From positions 89,380 to 153,379 of the forward strand of contig CALVAQ010000001.1 in assembly GCA_944325595.1 (NCBI GenBank): a stretch of DNA of 64,000 nucleotides, read 5' to 3'. Below the pieces are notes generated by a model. It saw only the letters and a program-made list of their open reading frames with translations, did not search any database and was not told where the DNA came from. This DNA is from Candidatus Gastranaerophilales bacterium (GTDB lineage: Bacteria; Cyanobacteriota; Vampirovibrionia; Gastranaerophilales; Gastranaerophilaceae). Below are positions 29,065-38,627 of the stretch, in pieces. The first letter of the stretch is position 1; each line of letters starts with the position of its first letter. A program made the translations under genes and the position numbers.

Positions 29065-29753
29065 TATGCTTTTTTCTCCCTGTTCACAAATCTTTTGGTA
29101 ATCAGCTGCGGTCTTGTGATTGCGGAACCTATTACTACCGAATGCGCACCTATCTCAAAGGCTCTGTCTACCTGCTGCGGTTCCCAGATTCTGCCCTCCA
29201 ATACAACCGGACAATCAAGTGTATCAACAAGACCTTTTAAAAGTTCAAAATCAGGTGATGTTGTATTTTCCGGCGATTCCAGAGTATATCCCGAAAGTGT
29301 TGTAGAAATAATATCTGCGCCCAGTAGTCTTGCGGCAATACCCTCGGACAGTGTCGAAACATCTGCCATGACAAGACGTTTGTTTATCTTTATGAACTTT
29401 ATAATTTGTCTTAAATTGTTTTCCCCTCTGGGTCTTGATGTTCCATCCAGTGCAACAATATCTGCGCCTGCTTGTATCAAGTCTTTTGCATCTTTGATTG
29501 TAGGGGTGATATAAACAATTTCTCTCCAATTTGGCGGTATAACCTCGGGTTTTGTAATACCGATAACGGGGATTTTAAACAATTTTTTTGCATTCACAAC
29601 ATCTCTGACACCGGCAACTCTCAAAGCTGCGGCGCCGCCTTTTACAACGGACTGCATCATAGCAGCCATACATTCTTCTTTGTACAAAGGCTCTGACGGC
29701 ATTGCCTGTACTGATACTATAACTTTCTGTTTTATTTGAGAGATTATATCCAT
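29064..29753 (-). CDS. nanE: N-acetylmannosamine-6-phosphate 2-epimerase
   Basis: VIVSVQAMPSEPL, PVIGITK, DGTSRPRG and GSAITRP match the NanE family. The start is set at MDIISQIK. Confidence 0.85.
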   Translation of the reverse strand: MDIISQIKQKVIVSVQAMPSEPLYKEECMAAMMQSVVKGGAAALRVAGVRDVVNAKKLFKIPVIGITKPEVIPPNWREIVYITPTIKDAKDLIQAGADIVALDGTSRPRGENNLRQIIKFIKINKRLVMADVSTLSEGIAARLLGADIISTTLSGYTLESPENTTSPDFELLKGLVDTLDCPVVLEGRIWEPQQVDRAFEIGAHSVVIGSAITRPQLITKRFVNREKKA

Positions 29754-29868
29754 GAATATAATTATAATCTTTCTTTTCGGTATATGCAATTGATTTAAAT
29801 AAAAGAACAGCTCCGGAATATTTCATCCGAAGCTGTTTTAAGTTTTATGCGTGTTATAGATTTATATA

Positions 29869-31077
29869 CTAACCGATAATTTTGTCTACAACACCGGCGC
29901 CAACAGTACGTCCACCTTCTCTGATAGCGAATCTCATACCTTGTTCGATAGCTACAGGAGCAATCAATTCAACGTCCATTACAACGTTGTCGCCAGGCAT
30001 AACCATTTCGCCGTCAAATTTGATAGAACCGGTAACGTCAGTTGTTCTGATGTAGAACTGAGGTCTGTAACCGGGGAAGAACGGAGTATGACGTCCGCCT
30101 TCTTCTTTTGTCAAAACGTAAACGTTAGCTGTGAATTTTGTGTGAGGTGTGATAGATCCGGGAGCAGCCAATACTTGACCTCTCTGGATTTCAGTTTTGT
30201 CGATACCACGGAGCAATGCACCGATGTTATCACCTGCAAGACCTTCATCCAACAGTTTTCTGAACATTTCAACACCTGTAACAGTTGTTTTCTTAGTTTC
30301 GCCGAAACCAACGATTTCAACTTCCTGACCAACTTTAACTCTACCTCTTTCAACACGACCTGTAGCAACAGTACCACGACCTGTGATAGAGAATACGTCT
30401 TCAACAGGCATCAAGAAAGGTTTGTCGAGGTCACGTTCAGGAGTCGGGATGTAAGAGTCGATTGCATCCATGAGTTCCCAAATTTTGTCAACCCATTTGT
30501 CTTCGCCTCTTTTGATAGAAGGATTAGATTGAACAGCTTCAAGAGCTTTCAGAGCAGAACCTTTGATAATCGGAATATTGTCTCCGTCGAATTCGTATGA
30601 AGAAAGCAATTCTCTTGTTTCCATTTCAACGAGGTCGAGAAGTTCTTCGTCATCAACCATATCGCATTTGTTCAAGAATACAACCAATTTCGGTACACCA
30701 ACCTGTCTTGCCAAGAGGATGTGTTCTCTTGTTTGAGGCATCGGACCGTCTGTAGCAGCGATAACGAGGATACCGCCGTCCATTTGAGCTGCACCTGTAA
30801 TCATGTTTTTAACATAGTCAGCGTGGCCGGGGCAGTCAACGTGAGCATAGTGTCTTGTTTCTGTTTCATATTCTACGTGAGCAGTAGAGATAGTAATACC
30901 TCTTGCTTTTTCTTCCGGAGCAGCATCGATTTCATCGAATTTTTTAGCTTGAGCTTGACCGGCTGCTGCCAATACAGAAGTGATTGCTGCTGTCAATGTA
31001 GTTTTACCGTGGTCAACGTGGCCGATTGTACCAATGTTAACGTGCGGTTTCGTACGTTCATACTTTTCGCGTGCCAT
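29869..31077 (-). CDS. tuf: Elongation factor Tu
   Basis: [15 protein letters not shown] and NKCD. It is near-identical in pattern to cyanobacterial/Thermus-type EF-Tu, including the [20 protein letters not shown] insertion. Confidence 0.98.
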   Translation of the reverse strand: MAREKYERTKPHVNIGTIGHVDHGKTTLTAAITSVLAAAGQAQAKKFDEIDAAPEEKARGITISTAHVEYETETRHYAHVDCPGHADYVKNMITGAAQMDGGILVIAATDGPMPQTREHILLARQVGVPKLVVFLNKCDMVDDEELLDLVEMETRELLSSYEFDGDNIPIIKGSALKALEAVQSNPSIKRGEDKWVDKIWELMDAIDSYIPTPERDLDKPFLMPVEDVFSITGRGTVATGRVERGRVKVGQEVEIVGFGETKKTTVTGVEMFRKLLDEGLAGDNIGALLRGIDKTEIQRGQVLAAPGSITPHTKFTANVYVLTKEEGGRHTPFFPGYRPQFYIRTTDVTGSIKFDGEMVMPGDNVVMDVELIAPVAIEQGMRFAIREGGRTVGAGVVDKIIG

Positions 31078-31139
31078 TAGAGTAATCTCCTTTTTCTCTA
31101 GTTATGTACTACTTTTCTATTGTATTTCAAATAGTTGCA

Positions 31140-31161
31140 CAAAAAGGCAAAATATGCCCTT
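31140..31161 (-). terminator. Weak terminator candidate after the TPR gene
   Basis: The minus strand reads AAGGGCAtatttTGCCTTTTT. The stem is short, so support is modest. Confidence 0.35.
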
Positions 31162-31183
31162 CCATTATAATAATCTTATATGC

Positions 31184-31837
31184 TCATTCCAATTTGTCAA
31201 GCGGATTTGCGTGTTCGTTTATATATTTTTTTACACCGTTTGAGATTATCAGGTCAGGTTCGGTATAAACAAATTCTTGCAGTTTTGCTATACCTGCTTC
31301 ATCTTTTCCCTGTTCAATAAGAATAAAGCCGACCATTACCTGTGCCAGCGGATTTTTTCTGCTTTCTTTTTGATAGTATTTTAACTTTTGTTCGAGGATA
31401 TTTTGTCTTTTGAAAGTTACTGCCAAATCCTGATACAAAGACAAGTTCATCGGATTTTTCTTTATTGCTCTTTGCAGAGTATCCTGTGCCAAAGCGGGAT
31501 AGCCGATTTTCATATAGCAGTTTGCAAGGTTTGCATAATAAACAGAGCTTGCCTGTGTATCCGGGTCTAGCATGACAGCCATCTGGAATTCTTTTATTGC
31601 AGGAGCATAGTATCTGTCCTGCATATAAATAACACCCCGATTGTTGTGGTCAACTGCATTTCTCTGCGCATCAATTTTGAACACTTCCATTTTTGCCTGT
31701 GCCGCTGCCGGTGCAAACAACAAACACAAAATTGTCAAAACTTTAGCAAAGTACAATTTCCTGACCTTCTTTCGGAATAAAACAGTTCTTACAATTTTCA
31801 GTATAATGTTTTTCAATTTCTTGTAAAAATTCGTCAT
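31184..31837 (-). CDS. Secreted TPR-repeat protein
   Basis: Signal-like LTILCLLFAPAAAQA followed by TPR-like repeats (AIKEFQMAVMLDP, YANLANCYMKIGYPALA). The start is uncertain: the ATG at 31837 and a TTG at 31756 are both possible. The ORF-track start at 31912 lies deep inside the upstream gene. Confidence 0.6.
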   Translation of the reverse strand: MTNFYKKLKNIILKIVRTVLFRKKVRKLYFAKVLTILCLLFAPAAAQAKMEVFKIDAQRNAVDHNNRGVIYMQDRYYAPAIKEFQMAVMLDPDTQASSVYYANLANCYMKIGYPALAQDTLQRAIKKNPMNLSLYQDLAVTFKRQNILEQKLKYYQKESRKNPLAQVMVGFILIEQGKDEAGIAKLQEFVYTEPDLIISNGVKKYINEHANPLDKLE

Positions 31838-32678
31838 TGTAGTTCGGGTCAAGATGGAAAAAGGCAAGAGATTTTGCTTTTGCCTGAGAGAATGTCTCCA
31901 GCGCCATATCAAAAGTTGAGTGTCCGTAACCCTGTTTTGAAAAGTAAGAGTTCAAATATTCATCCGAAGTGTACTGCGCATCGTGGATGAGCAAATCTGT
32001 GTCTCTTGCAAACAAAACAAGTTTTTTGTTTGCACCGACATAGCCTTCGGTATCTGTGGCGTAGACAAGAGACTTGTCTTTGTAGGCTATTTTGTAAATC
32101 ATCACGCCTTCTTTCGGGTGTGAGTTTGATTTTAAGCAGCTTACGACAACCTCTTCTCCTTCGGGTTCATAATCTTCATCGCTTTGTATTTTAACAAATT
32201 CGGGTTCGTCTTCTTCATCATTAAATATCATGGCGTAGCTGTCGTTTATTTCATAAAAATTGAGCTTTGCATTTAAATCGTTAAGGCTCAGAGGGAATGA
32301 CTTGCCAAAAGCCGCCTTCGAAACAACCTCATCTATATTTTCTTCATAATCGGTATAACCGGCTATGTTTATATTTGAAGTATTCAAATGGAATGGTTTA
32401 AAATACGGAAGTCCCTGTACATGGTCGCCATGGAAATGACTCAAAAGGATTGTGGCGGTTATGGGTTCTTTGTGGAACTCGGCGACATAATCTTTCAAAA
32501 GTTCGTTGCCGCATTTAATAATTCCCGTACCCGCATCCAGAATAATCAAATGTCCGTTTACATTCACTTCAACACAGGCTGTATTTCCGCCGTATTCAAG
32601 AAAGTTGAAGTCCGGTGTCGGGTGGCTGCCTCTTACACCTCTGAACTGTACAATAAACTTTCCTTTTGAATCTCTCAT
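31743..32678 (-). CDS. MBL-fold metallo-hydrolase
   Basis: The HFHGDHVQG (HxHxDH) motif, preceded by ILDAGTG. Confidence 0.75.
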   Translation of the reverse strand: MRDSKGKFIVQFRGVRGSHPTPDFNFLEYGGNTACVEVNVNGHLIILDAGTGIIKCGNELLKDYVAEFHKEPITATILLSHFHGDHVQGLPYFKPFHLNTSNINIAGYTDYEENIDEVVSKAAFGKSFPLSLNDLNAKLNFYEINDSYAMIFNDEEDEPEFVKIQSDEDYEPEGEEVVVSCLKSNSHPKEGVMIYKIAYKDKSLVYATDTEGYVGANKKLVLFARDTDLLIHDAQYTSDEYLNSYFSKQGYGHSTFDMALETFSQAKAKSLAFFHLDPNYNDEFLQEIEKHYTENCKNCFIPKEGQEIVLC

Positions 32679-32734
32679 TTTCAGACACTCCTAGTTATCC
32701 ATCTGTATTTTGGGGTTTACTATGTTATTGTAAC

Positions 32735-33697
32735 CTATTTTTCGAGAATAACAATCCCGTTTCTGTCCGATTCTTCTCCTTTATATGTTCCTGATGAAAA
32801 AGTCAGGAGTTTTGCCTTTTTCTGTGCATCTTTGATATTTGTTTCTCTGTAATCGAATGTAAACACAACACGATTTTTCAGGTTGTTCACGGTTACAATT
32901 CGGAATGCACAAGGATATGTAACAAGAGAGGGTGTGCTAACATGCAGGATATGACCTTCCTTTGAAATTTTTGCGGCATGATAATGACCGGAAAATACAG
33001 CAATAGGCATGTTATATTTGTCCAAAACAGCCCTGAACTCTTCTGCATTTAGCAGTCTGTGGTGAAAACTAGGAAAAGGTTCTCTTAGAGGATGATGAAG
33101 AAAAATCAAAGGCACCTGATTTGATTTTTGTGCGGCAAGCAGTTCGCTGTCCAGCCAGTCTAGTTGTTCTTGAGGCAGTTCTCCGTTTGCGGTAATTCTT
33201 GTGTCTATCGTTGCATCCAGCACAATTACCCTGTAGCCTCTTTTGGGAACAAAAGAATAGTAGCGTGTATCTGATTTTATGTTTTTATTTCGTTTTTTTA
33301 TGTAATTAAAATATTTGTCTTTTTTAAAACTTGTGCCGACAGCCGCATCATGGTTTCCAAAAGCAAAATACCATGGGTAGTTGAGTTTGTTCATTCTGTC
33401 ACATGCTTCTTCCACCAGCGGTTTTTGCGGTTTGTCTGCAAGGTCTCCGGTTACAATTACAAAATCAATGTTCGGTACAGCGTTTATTTGATTAATCTCG
33501 TCTTCAAAAAGTTCTTTGGAGCGGGACAGTACTTTGTAGCTGGTATCGACTGTTTTGTCAGACAGGTGAACATCTGAAATATGAGCAAATTTTAATGTGT
33601 CTGCATATGAAAGTGCATTAACGCCAAAATATACAAATACCGCAAAAACTGTCCAGTATATTACTCTGCCGAGAAAGCTTTTTTTCTTTTTTGCCAT
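32735..33697 (-). CDS. Membrane-anchored calcineurin-like metallophosphoesterase
   Basis: HISDVHL, GDLAD, GNHD and GHYH motifs. The start is set at the ATG at 33697, preceded by AGGAGA. One N-terminal TM. Confidence 0.8.
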   Translation of the reverse strand: MAKKKKSFLGRVIYWTVFAVFVYFGVNALSYADTLKFAHISDVHLSDKTVDTSYKVLSRSKELFEDEINQINAVPNIDFVIVTGDLADKPQKPLVEEACDRMNKLNYPWYFAFGNHDAAVGTSFKKDKYFNYIKKRNKNIKSDTRYYSFVPKRGYRVIVLDATIDTRITANGELPQEQLDWLDSELLAAQKSNQVPLIFLHHPLREPFPSFHHRLLNAEEFRAVLDKYNMPIAVFSGHYHAAKISKEGHILHVSTPSLVTYPCAFRIVTVNNLKNRVVFTFDYRETNIKDAQKKAKLLTFSSGTYKGEESDRNGIVILEK

Positions 33698-33707
33698 TTG
33701 TTTTCTC

Positions 33708-34526
33708 CTAAAACTCCTTTTCATGCGCTTCATCAACAACTCTTTGAATGATATCAATGTCAAAATCAGTACTGTCATTTACAAGCTGAACAAGATATTC
33801 AATATTGCCAGCAGGACCTTTTATCGGTGAAAAAGTCAATTGTTTCGGATATAAACCTATGTTTTTTGCATAATTTATAACATTTTCAATGACTTTTATA
33901 TGTGTGCTTTTTTCTCTGACCACACCGTTTTTGCCGACAAGTTCTTTTCCCGCTTCAAATTGCGGTTTTATCAAAGAAACAATTTCCTGCTTTTGGGGCG
34001 ACATAAGTTTTTTTATGTTATCCAGAACTTTTGTAATGGAAATGAAAGACAAATCCATGGCGCAAAAATCCGGAAGAGTATCATTTTCTTCATAAATTTC
34101 TGATAAACCGCAGTTTTTTATATTGGTTCTTTCCACCACTTTGACTCTGTTGTCGTTTCTGAGTTTCCATGCAATTTGCCCGTAGCCGACATCTACCGCA
34201 TAAACATATTTCGCATTGTTTTGAAGCATGCAATCCGTAAATCCGCCGGTTGAAGCGCCGGCATCAAGACAAATTCTGTCCAAAAGGTTTATGCCGAAGG
34301 TTCTTATTGCTTTGTCCAGTTTCAATCCGCCTCTTGAAACAAAAGGAAGAGACTTTATCTCTATTTTTGTATTTTCTTTGAGTTCAAGCAAATATCCGGC
34401 TTTTGTTATGACTTCATCGTTGATTTTTACATCACCCGCCATAATTGCGCCCTGAGCTTTGCTTTTTGTTTCAAAGTATCCTTTGTCTGTGAGGATTTTG
34501 TCTAAACGTTCTTTATTTTTTGCCAT
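33708..34526 (-). CDS. tlyA: TlyA-family rRNA 2'-O-methyltransferase
   Basis: An N-terminal S4 domain (RLDKILTDKGYFETKSKAQGAIMAG) and the FtsJ-type SAM motif LDAGASTGGFTD. Confidence 0.85.
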   Translation of the reverse strand: MAKNKERLDKILTDKGYFETKSKAQGAIMAGDVKINDEVITKAGYLLELKENTKIEIKSLPFVSRGGLKLDKAIRTFGINLLDRICLDAGASTGGFTDCMLQNNAKYVYAVDVGYGQIAWKLRNDNRVKVVERTNIKNCGLSEIYEENDTLPDFCAMDLSFISITKVLDNIKKLMSPQKQEIVSLIKPQFEAGKELVGKNGVVREKSTHIKVIENVINYAKNIGLYPKQLTFSPIKGPAGNIEYLVQLVNDSTDFDIDIIQRVVDEAHEKEF

Positions 34527-34533
34527 ATCTTTA

Positions 34534-35142
34534 TTATGGCATAAGCTGTTTTATTTCTGAACTGTTTTTTATCCATTCAACCATGGAATTTAGTGCTCTT
34601 GCTCTGTGGCTCAGTGTGTTTTTTTCATGTAGTGTCAAATCTGCCATGGTTTTGTTTAATTCCGGAATAAAGAACAACGGGTCATAGCCGAAGCCGTGTG
34701 TTCCCGAAGGTTCCTGAGCAATAAAACCGTTTATTTGTCCCTTGCAGACATGGAGCTTTTCTCCGTCAGGATTAACAAGAGTCATTGTGCACAAAAAATG
34801 AGCCGTTCTTTTTTTGTCGGGAACGTTTTTTAATTCTCCCAGCAGCTTTTCAATTTTTGATTTTTGATCGGGAGCATATCTTGCGGAATAAAGTCCTGGT
34901 CTGCCGTCTAAAGCATCGACACACAACCCTGTATCGTCGGCAAGTGCGGGGATTTTCATGACTTTTGCCGCTTCTCGGGCTTTTATGTATGAATTTTCTT
35001 CAAATGTAGTTCCGTTTTCGACAGGGTCAAAATCGCCGTCAACCAGAACAAATTCTATACAATCAGGACATATGTGTTTTAAGATATCGTTGATTTCTTC
35101 CAGTTTATGCGGATTTGAGGTTCCGAGTGCAATTTTCATCAT
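34534..35142 (-). CDS. rdgB: Non-canonical purine NTP pyrophosphatase (RdgB/HAM1)
   Basis: LGTSNPHKLEEI and FGYDPLF motifs. The ATG at 35142 begins 1 nt after the uppS stop. Confidence 0.85.
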   Translation of the reverse strand: MMKIALGTSNPHKLEEINDILKHICPDCIEFVLVDGDFDPVENGTTFEENSYIKAREAAKVMKIPALADDTGLCVDALDGRPGLYSARYAPDQKSKIEKLLGELKNVPDKKRTAHFLCTMTLVNPDGEKLHVCKGQINGFIAQEPSGTHGFGYDPLFFIPELNKTMADLTLHEKNTLSHRARALNSMVEWIKNSSEIKQLMP

Positions 35143-35143
35143 T

Positions 35144-35869
35144 TTATTTTCCAAACCTTCTGTTTCTTTTTCCAAACTCTGTTATAGCTTCTTCAAGCGA
35201 TTCTTTTCTAAAATCCGGCCAGAGTGTATCTGTTACATATAGTTCCGAGTATGCAAGCTGCCACAAAAGATAGTTGCTGATTCTTTTGTCTCCGCCTGTT
35301 CTGATTAATAAATCGGGGTCAGGCATGTTTTTTGTATAAAGGTAATTTGAAATCAGTTTTTCCGTAATTTCTTCCGGTTGAATTTTGTCGTTTATGATTT
35401 TTTTTACGGCATTTACAATCTCGTCTCTTGCGCCGTAATTGAATGCAATATTCAAGTTTACGCCGGTATTGTTTTTTGTTTTTTCTTCTGCGTTTTTGAC
35501 TATTTCAATTAGATTATCCGACAGCTTTTCTATATTGCCCAAAAATCTGATTTTTACATTTTCCCTGTGCATTTCGTCAAGCTCATTCAAAAGCGTTTTT
35601 GCCAGAAGGTTCATCAAAAAGTCAACTTCTTCCTTTTTTCTGTTCCAATTTTCTGTAGAAAAAGCATAAACGGTCAGATATTTTATGCCGAATTCATCAA
35701 AAAGACGCATGGTTTTTTTCAGCGATTCCACGCCTTTTTGGTGTCCTACGGCGGACGGCAAAAATTTTGCTTTTGCCCATCGTCTGTTACCGTCCATAAT
35801 TATTGCGATATGCTGAAGATTTGTTGTTTTTATAATATCTTTTATTGTTTCAATTGTTGTTTGTGTCAC
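35144..35869 (-). CDS. uppS: Undecaprenyl diphosphate synthase
   Basis: HIAIIMDGNRRWA, FSTENWNR and the RISNYLLWQLAYSELY motif. Confidence 0.93.
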   Translation of the reverse strand: MTQTTIETIKDIIKTTNLQHIAIIMDGNRRWAKAKFLPSAVGHQKGVESLKKTMRLFDEFGIKYLTVYAFSTENWNRKKEEVDFLMNLLAKTLLNELDEMHRENVKIRFLGNIEKLSDNLIEIVKNAEEKTKNNTGVNLNIAFNYGARDEIVNAVKKIINDKIQPEEITEKLISNYLYTKNMPDPDLLIRTGGDKRISNYLLWQLAYSELYVTDTLWPDFRKESLEEAITEFGKRNRRFGK

Positions 35870-36136
35870 GTTTTTGTCCTTAATTTTTGTTATAAATAAA
35901 TTATATTAAAATAAAGAATTAAATACAAAAAACAATATCGTGATATGTTTCACGAATTTTGTTACAATCGTGATTTTTTGACAAAGTGCCATGTGCGGCT
36001 CAAATCCAGATATACTACGGAATTAGCAAATCGAAAAAATTTTTTTATTATAAATTGTAAAAATTCTTGAAAAATCTGAAAAAAAATATTTTTGCTTGTG
36101 TTTATATATATAAGTGGAAAGTGAAGGTGTTCTTGA

Positions 36137-36295
36137 ATGTATAGTTCCGAATTTATCAAGATTTTGGTTGGACGTGACATAGACAACTATGTTAGTGAAG
36201 AAAAACAAACTGAAACAAAAACAGAAAACGGCGGAATGTTTCGTTTTGCCAGACTGGCAACTGTGCCTGTTGAAGTTAAAGTTCAAAACAAATAA
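36137..36295 (+). CDS. Candidate 52-aa small protein, below the ORF-track cutoff
   Basis: The ATG at 36137 is preceded by GAAGGTG 8 nt upstream. It reads MYSSEFIKILVGRDIDNYVSEEKQTETKTENGGMFRFARLATVPVEVKVQNK, with the TAA at 36293-36295 and a strong terminator 30 nt downstream. Confidence 0.3.
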   Translation: MYSSEFIKILVGRDIDNYVSEEKQTETKTENGGMFRFARLATVPVEVKVQNK

Positions 36296-36324
36296 TTGAA
36301 ATGTGAGAAATATATTTAATCGAT

Positions 36325-36357
36325 AAAAAAACGGCTTTTGTTTAAAGCCGTTTTTTA
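36325..36357. terminator. Bidirectional rho-independent terminator
   Basis: AAAAACGGCTTT tgtt TAAAGCCGTTTTTT, flanked by A and T runs. It lies between the small + ORF and the minus-strand DUF1858 gene. Confidence 0.7.
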
Positions 36358-36378
36358 TTTTATTCTCTTTTTCCGGTT

Positions 36379-36585
36379 CTATCTTTGTTCAATCAAAGCA
36401 TTGATTTCAGAAACCATAACTTCCGGATCTACGCCGTGAACTTTTGCACCGGCTTCGAGGTTTTCATATCTTGCTGCAGCGCAACCGATACAGCCCAGAC
36501 CGTATTTTTGAAAAACTTCTAATGCTTCCGGATAATTTTGAACTATCTCAATTAGTCCCATGTCTTTTGTAACTTTTCCTGTCAT
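36379..36585 (-). CDS. DUF1858 / hybrid-cluster-protein-associated redox disulfide domain protein
   Basis: A 68-aa protein. IVQNYPEALEVFQKYGLGCIGCAAARYENLEAGAKVHGVD matches the small CxxC redox-disulfide family. Confidence 0.75.
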   Translation of the reverse strand: MTGKVTKDMGLIEIVQNYPEALEVFQKYGLGCIGCAAARYENLEAGAKVHGVDPEVMVSEINALIEQR

Positions 36586-36692
36586 AATTATTTTATCCTT
36601 TCATACTTCATTGCTTTTGTTTGGAGGTTTTGACAAACTCCCGAAATTCATTAATAAGATTATACATCAAATTATTTTTTAAAGGATATGCC

Positions 36693-36896
36693 ATGCCATT
36701 TTTGCTAAACATTATTAACGCAATAAAAAAATTTTTCTGTATTCCTCAAGCACCCGTTGGTTTGAGAGCCATGGGAATCAGGGCAAAGTATCTGGACAAA
36801 GTTTACGGTTTTAACTATAGCGCAAACAGATTTTACACAGATATTCTTTCTCCGGTTGATATGCCGTATTTTTTCGGTAAACAACATCAAGGTTAA
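36693..36896 (+). CDS. Hypothetical small protein (weak)
   Basis: A 67-aa ORF from the ATG at 36693 after AAAGGA. I recognise no family and coding is uncertain. Confidence 0.25.
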   Translation: MPFLLNIINAIKKFFCIPQAPVGLRAMGIRAKYLDKVYGFNYSANRFYTDILSPVDMPYFFGKQHQG

Positions 36897-37045
36897 ATAA
36901 AAATTATTTTGCTGAAAATTTAATCTGTACGGCAATTTATTTTTGTCAGATAATAACTTATACTGCTCGGGTAAAACATTTTAAAAGAGTGCTTTTATGC
37001 TTACAGCAAAAAACGGCACCCGATTAAAGAAAAAGGAGCGACAAG

Positions 37046-37183
37046 ATGGATAAATACATTTGTTTGGTTTGCGGTTATGTCTATGACCCTAAAGAAAACA
37101 ACAATATTGCGTTCGAAGATTTACCCGATGATTGGAGATGCCCTGTGTGTTCAGTCGGAAAAGACCAGTTCACAAAAGCATAG
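37046..37183 (+). CDS. Rubredoxin
   Basis: A 45-aa protein absent from the ORF track: [45 protein letters not shown]. It has CxxCG and CPxC motifs, and RBS AAAGGAG lies 7 nt upstream. Confidence 0.9.
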   Translation: MDKYICLVCGYVYDPKENNNIAFEDLPDDWRCPVCSVGKDQFTKA

Positions 37184-37320
37184 TCAATCAAAAATTGTCC
37201 GAGAAAAATTCGTGATAGATGCTGCCGAACAAAAGCAGCCGGCGGCAACTGCGATATCGGATTAGGCATAACAGAGGATTTTTGGCAGTGAAATCCCTTA
37301 GACATAAGGAGAGCACTACT

Positions 37321-38502
37321 ATGGATTTAAAAATCAGACCGATAAAGAACAATGTTTTCTATATAGGTTCAAAAGATGCCAACAGAAAACTCTTTGACCA
37401 GCTTGTACCGCTTCCGCAGGGTACAACATACAATTCTTATCTTGTAAAAGGAAGTGAAAAAACGGCTATAGTTGATACAGATTATCCCAAAAAACTTGAA
37501 GAATACAAAAAAAGACTTCAGGAAAACAATATTGACCATGTAGATTACATTATCTCAAATCATGCAGAACAGGATCACTCCGGCGGAATACCCATGCTTT
37601 TGGAAATGTTCCCTGATGCAAAAGTTGTCACAAATGCAAAAGTTAAAGAAAATGTGATGAACATGCTTCACGTTGATGAGGACAAATTTATTGTTATAAA
37701 TGATGGTGATGAATTATCTTTGGGTGACAAAACTTTCCAATTTATTATTGCACCGTTTGTACACTGGCCGGATACAATGTTTTCATACTTAAAAGAAGAC
37801 AAAATGCTTTTCACCTGCGACTTTTTGGGTGCGCATTATACAAAACATGAACTCTTTGCCGATTACACAGACAGTCTGGTTGAGGCAGCAAAAAGATATT
37901 ATGCTGAAATCATAATGCCTTTCAGAAGCTTTGCAAAGAAATATACGAAAAAAGTTAAATCAATGGATGTTGATATTATCCTGCCAAGCCACGGTCCTAT
38001 CTATGACAAACCTCAATGGATTCTTGATTTGTATGAAGACTGGACATCCGACAGGGTAGAAAACAAAGTTGTTATACCGTATGTTTCGATGTACGAAAGT
38101 ACAAAAATGATGGTGGAAAGACTTGCCGAAAAACTGGAAAGCGCTGATATAAAGGTAAGACTGTTTGATCTTGTTCACTGCGATGAGGGCGAACTTTCGA
38201 TGGAACTGGTTGATTGTGCAACGGTTGTAATCGGTTCATCCATGGTCCTTGCCGGTCCTCATCCGGCAGCTGTTACTGCCGCATATCTCGTAAACGCACT
38301 CAGACCGAAACTCAGGTACTACTCAATTGTCGGTTCTTTCGGCTGGGGCGGAAATCTCGAAGGTACGATTGAGAAGATGTTTACAATTATCAAACCCGAA
38401 AAACTTGATTATGTAGTGATAAAAGGTCAGCCAAGAGATGAAGATTTTGCCAAAATCGACGTTCTGGCTAATCAGATAATTGAAAAACATAAAAATTTAT
38501 AA
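37321..38502 (+). CDS. Flavodiiron protein (rubredoxin:oxygen/NO oxidoreductase type)
   Basis: MBL-like diiron motif NHAEQDHSG and a C-terminal flavodoxin-like domain. The ATG at 37321 follows AAGGAGAG. Confidence 0.88.
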   Translation: MDLKIRPIKNNVFYIGSKDANRKLFDQLVPLPQGTTYNSYLVKGSEKTAIVDTDYPKKLEEYKKRLQENNIDHVDYIISNHAEQDHSGGIPMLLEMFPDAKVVTNAKVKENVMNMLHVDEDKFIVINDGDELSLGDKTFQFIIAPFVHWPDTMFSYLKEDKMLFTCDFLGAHYTKHELFADYTDSLVEAAKRYYAEIIMPFRSFAKKYTKKVKSMDVDIILPSHGPIYDKPQWILDLYEDWTSDRVENKVVIPYVSMYESTKMMVERLAEKLESADIKVRLFDLVHCDEGELSMELVDCATVVIGSSMVLAGPHPAAVTAAYLVNALRPKLRYYSIVGSFGWGGNLEGTIEKMFTIIKPEKLDYVVIKGQPRDEDFAKIDVLANQIIEKHKNL

Positions 38503-38515
38503 TTTATAATTTATA

Positions 38516-38553
38516 AAAGCCGCCTCAAAAATCGTTTTTAGGGCGGCTTTTTT
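38516..38553 (+). terminator. Rho-independent terminator
   Basis: AAAGCCGCC ... GGCGGCTTT stem followed by TTTT. Confidence 0.75.
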
Positions 38554-38627
38554 GTAAACTGTTTTTCAACAAATTTGTTTCGTACTATAATCTTTTACAG
38601 AATTTGTTTTTAAGGATAGAAAATATT

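Noticed and set aside
29941-30600. A 219-aa plus-strand ORF.
   Set aside because: It is antisense within tuf, so it is a shadow ORF of a highly expressed, codon-biased gene.
31838-31912. The N-terminal extension of the TPR ORF as listed in the track (start at 31912).
   Set aside because: It lies deep inside the 3' end of the MBL-fold gene in another frame. The signal peptide begins much later, so a downstream start (the ATG at 31837 or the TTG at 31756) is more plausible.
35962-36286. Two minus-strand ORFs (74 and 87 aa) in the uppS to DUF1858 spacer.
   Set aside because: They have no RBS, a low-complexity AT-driven composition, and overlap each other. The plus-strand 52-codon ORF with an RBS and terminator explains the region better.
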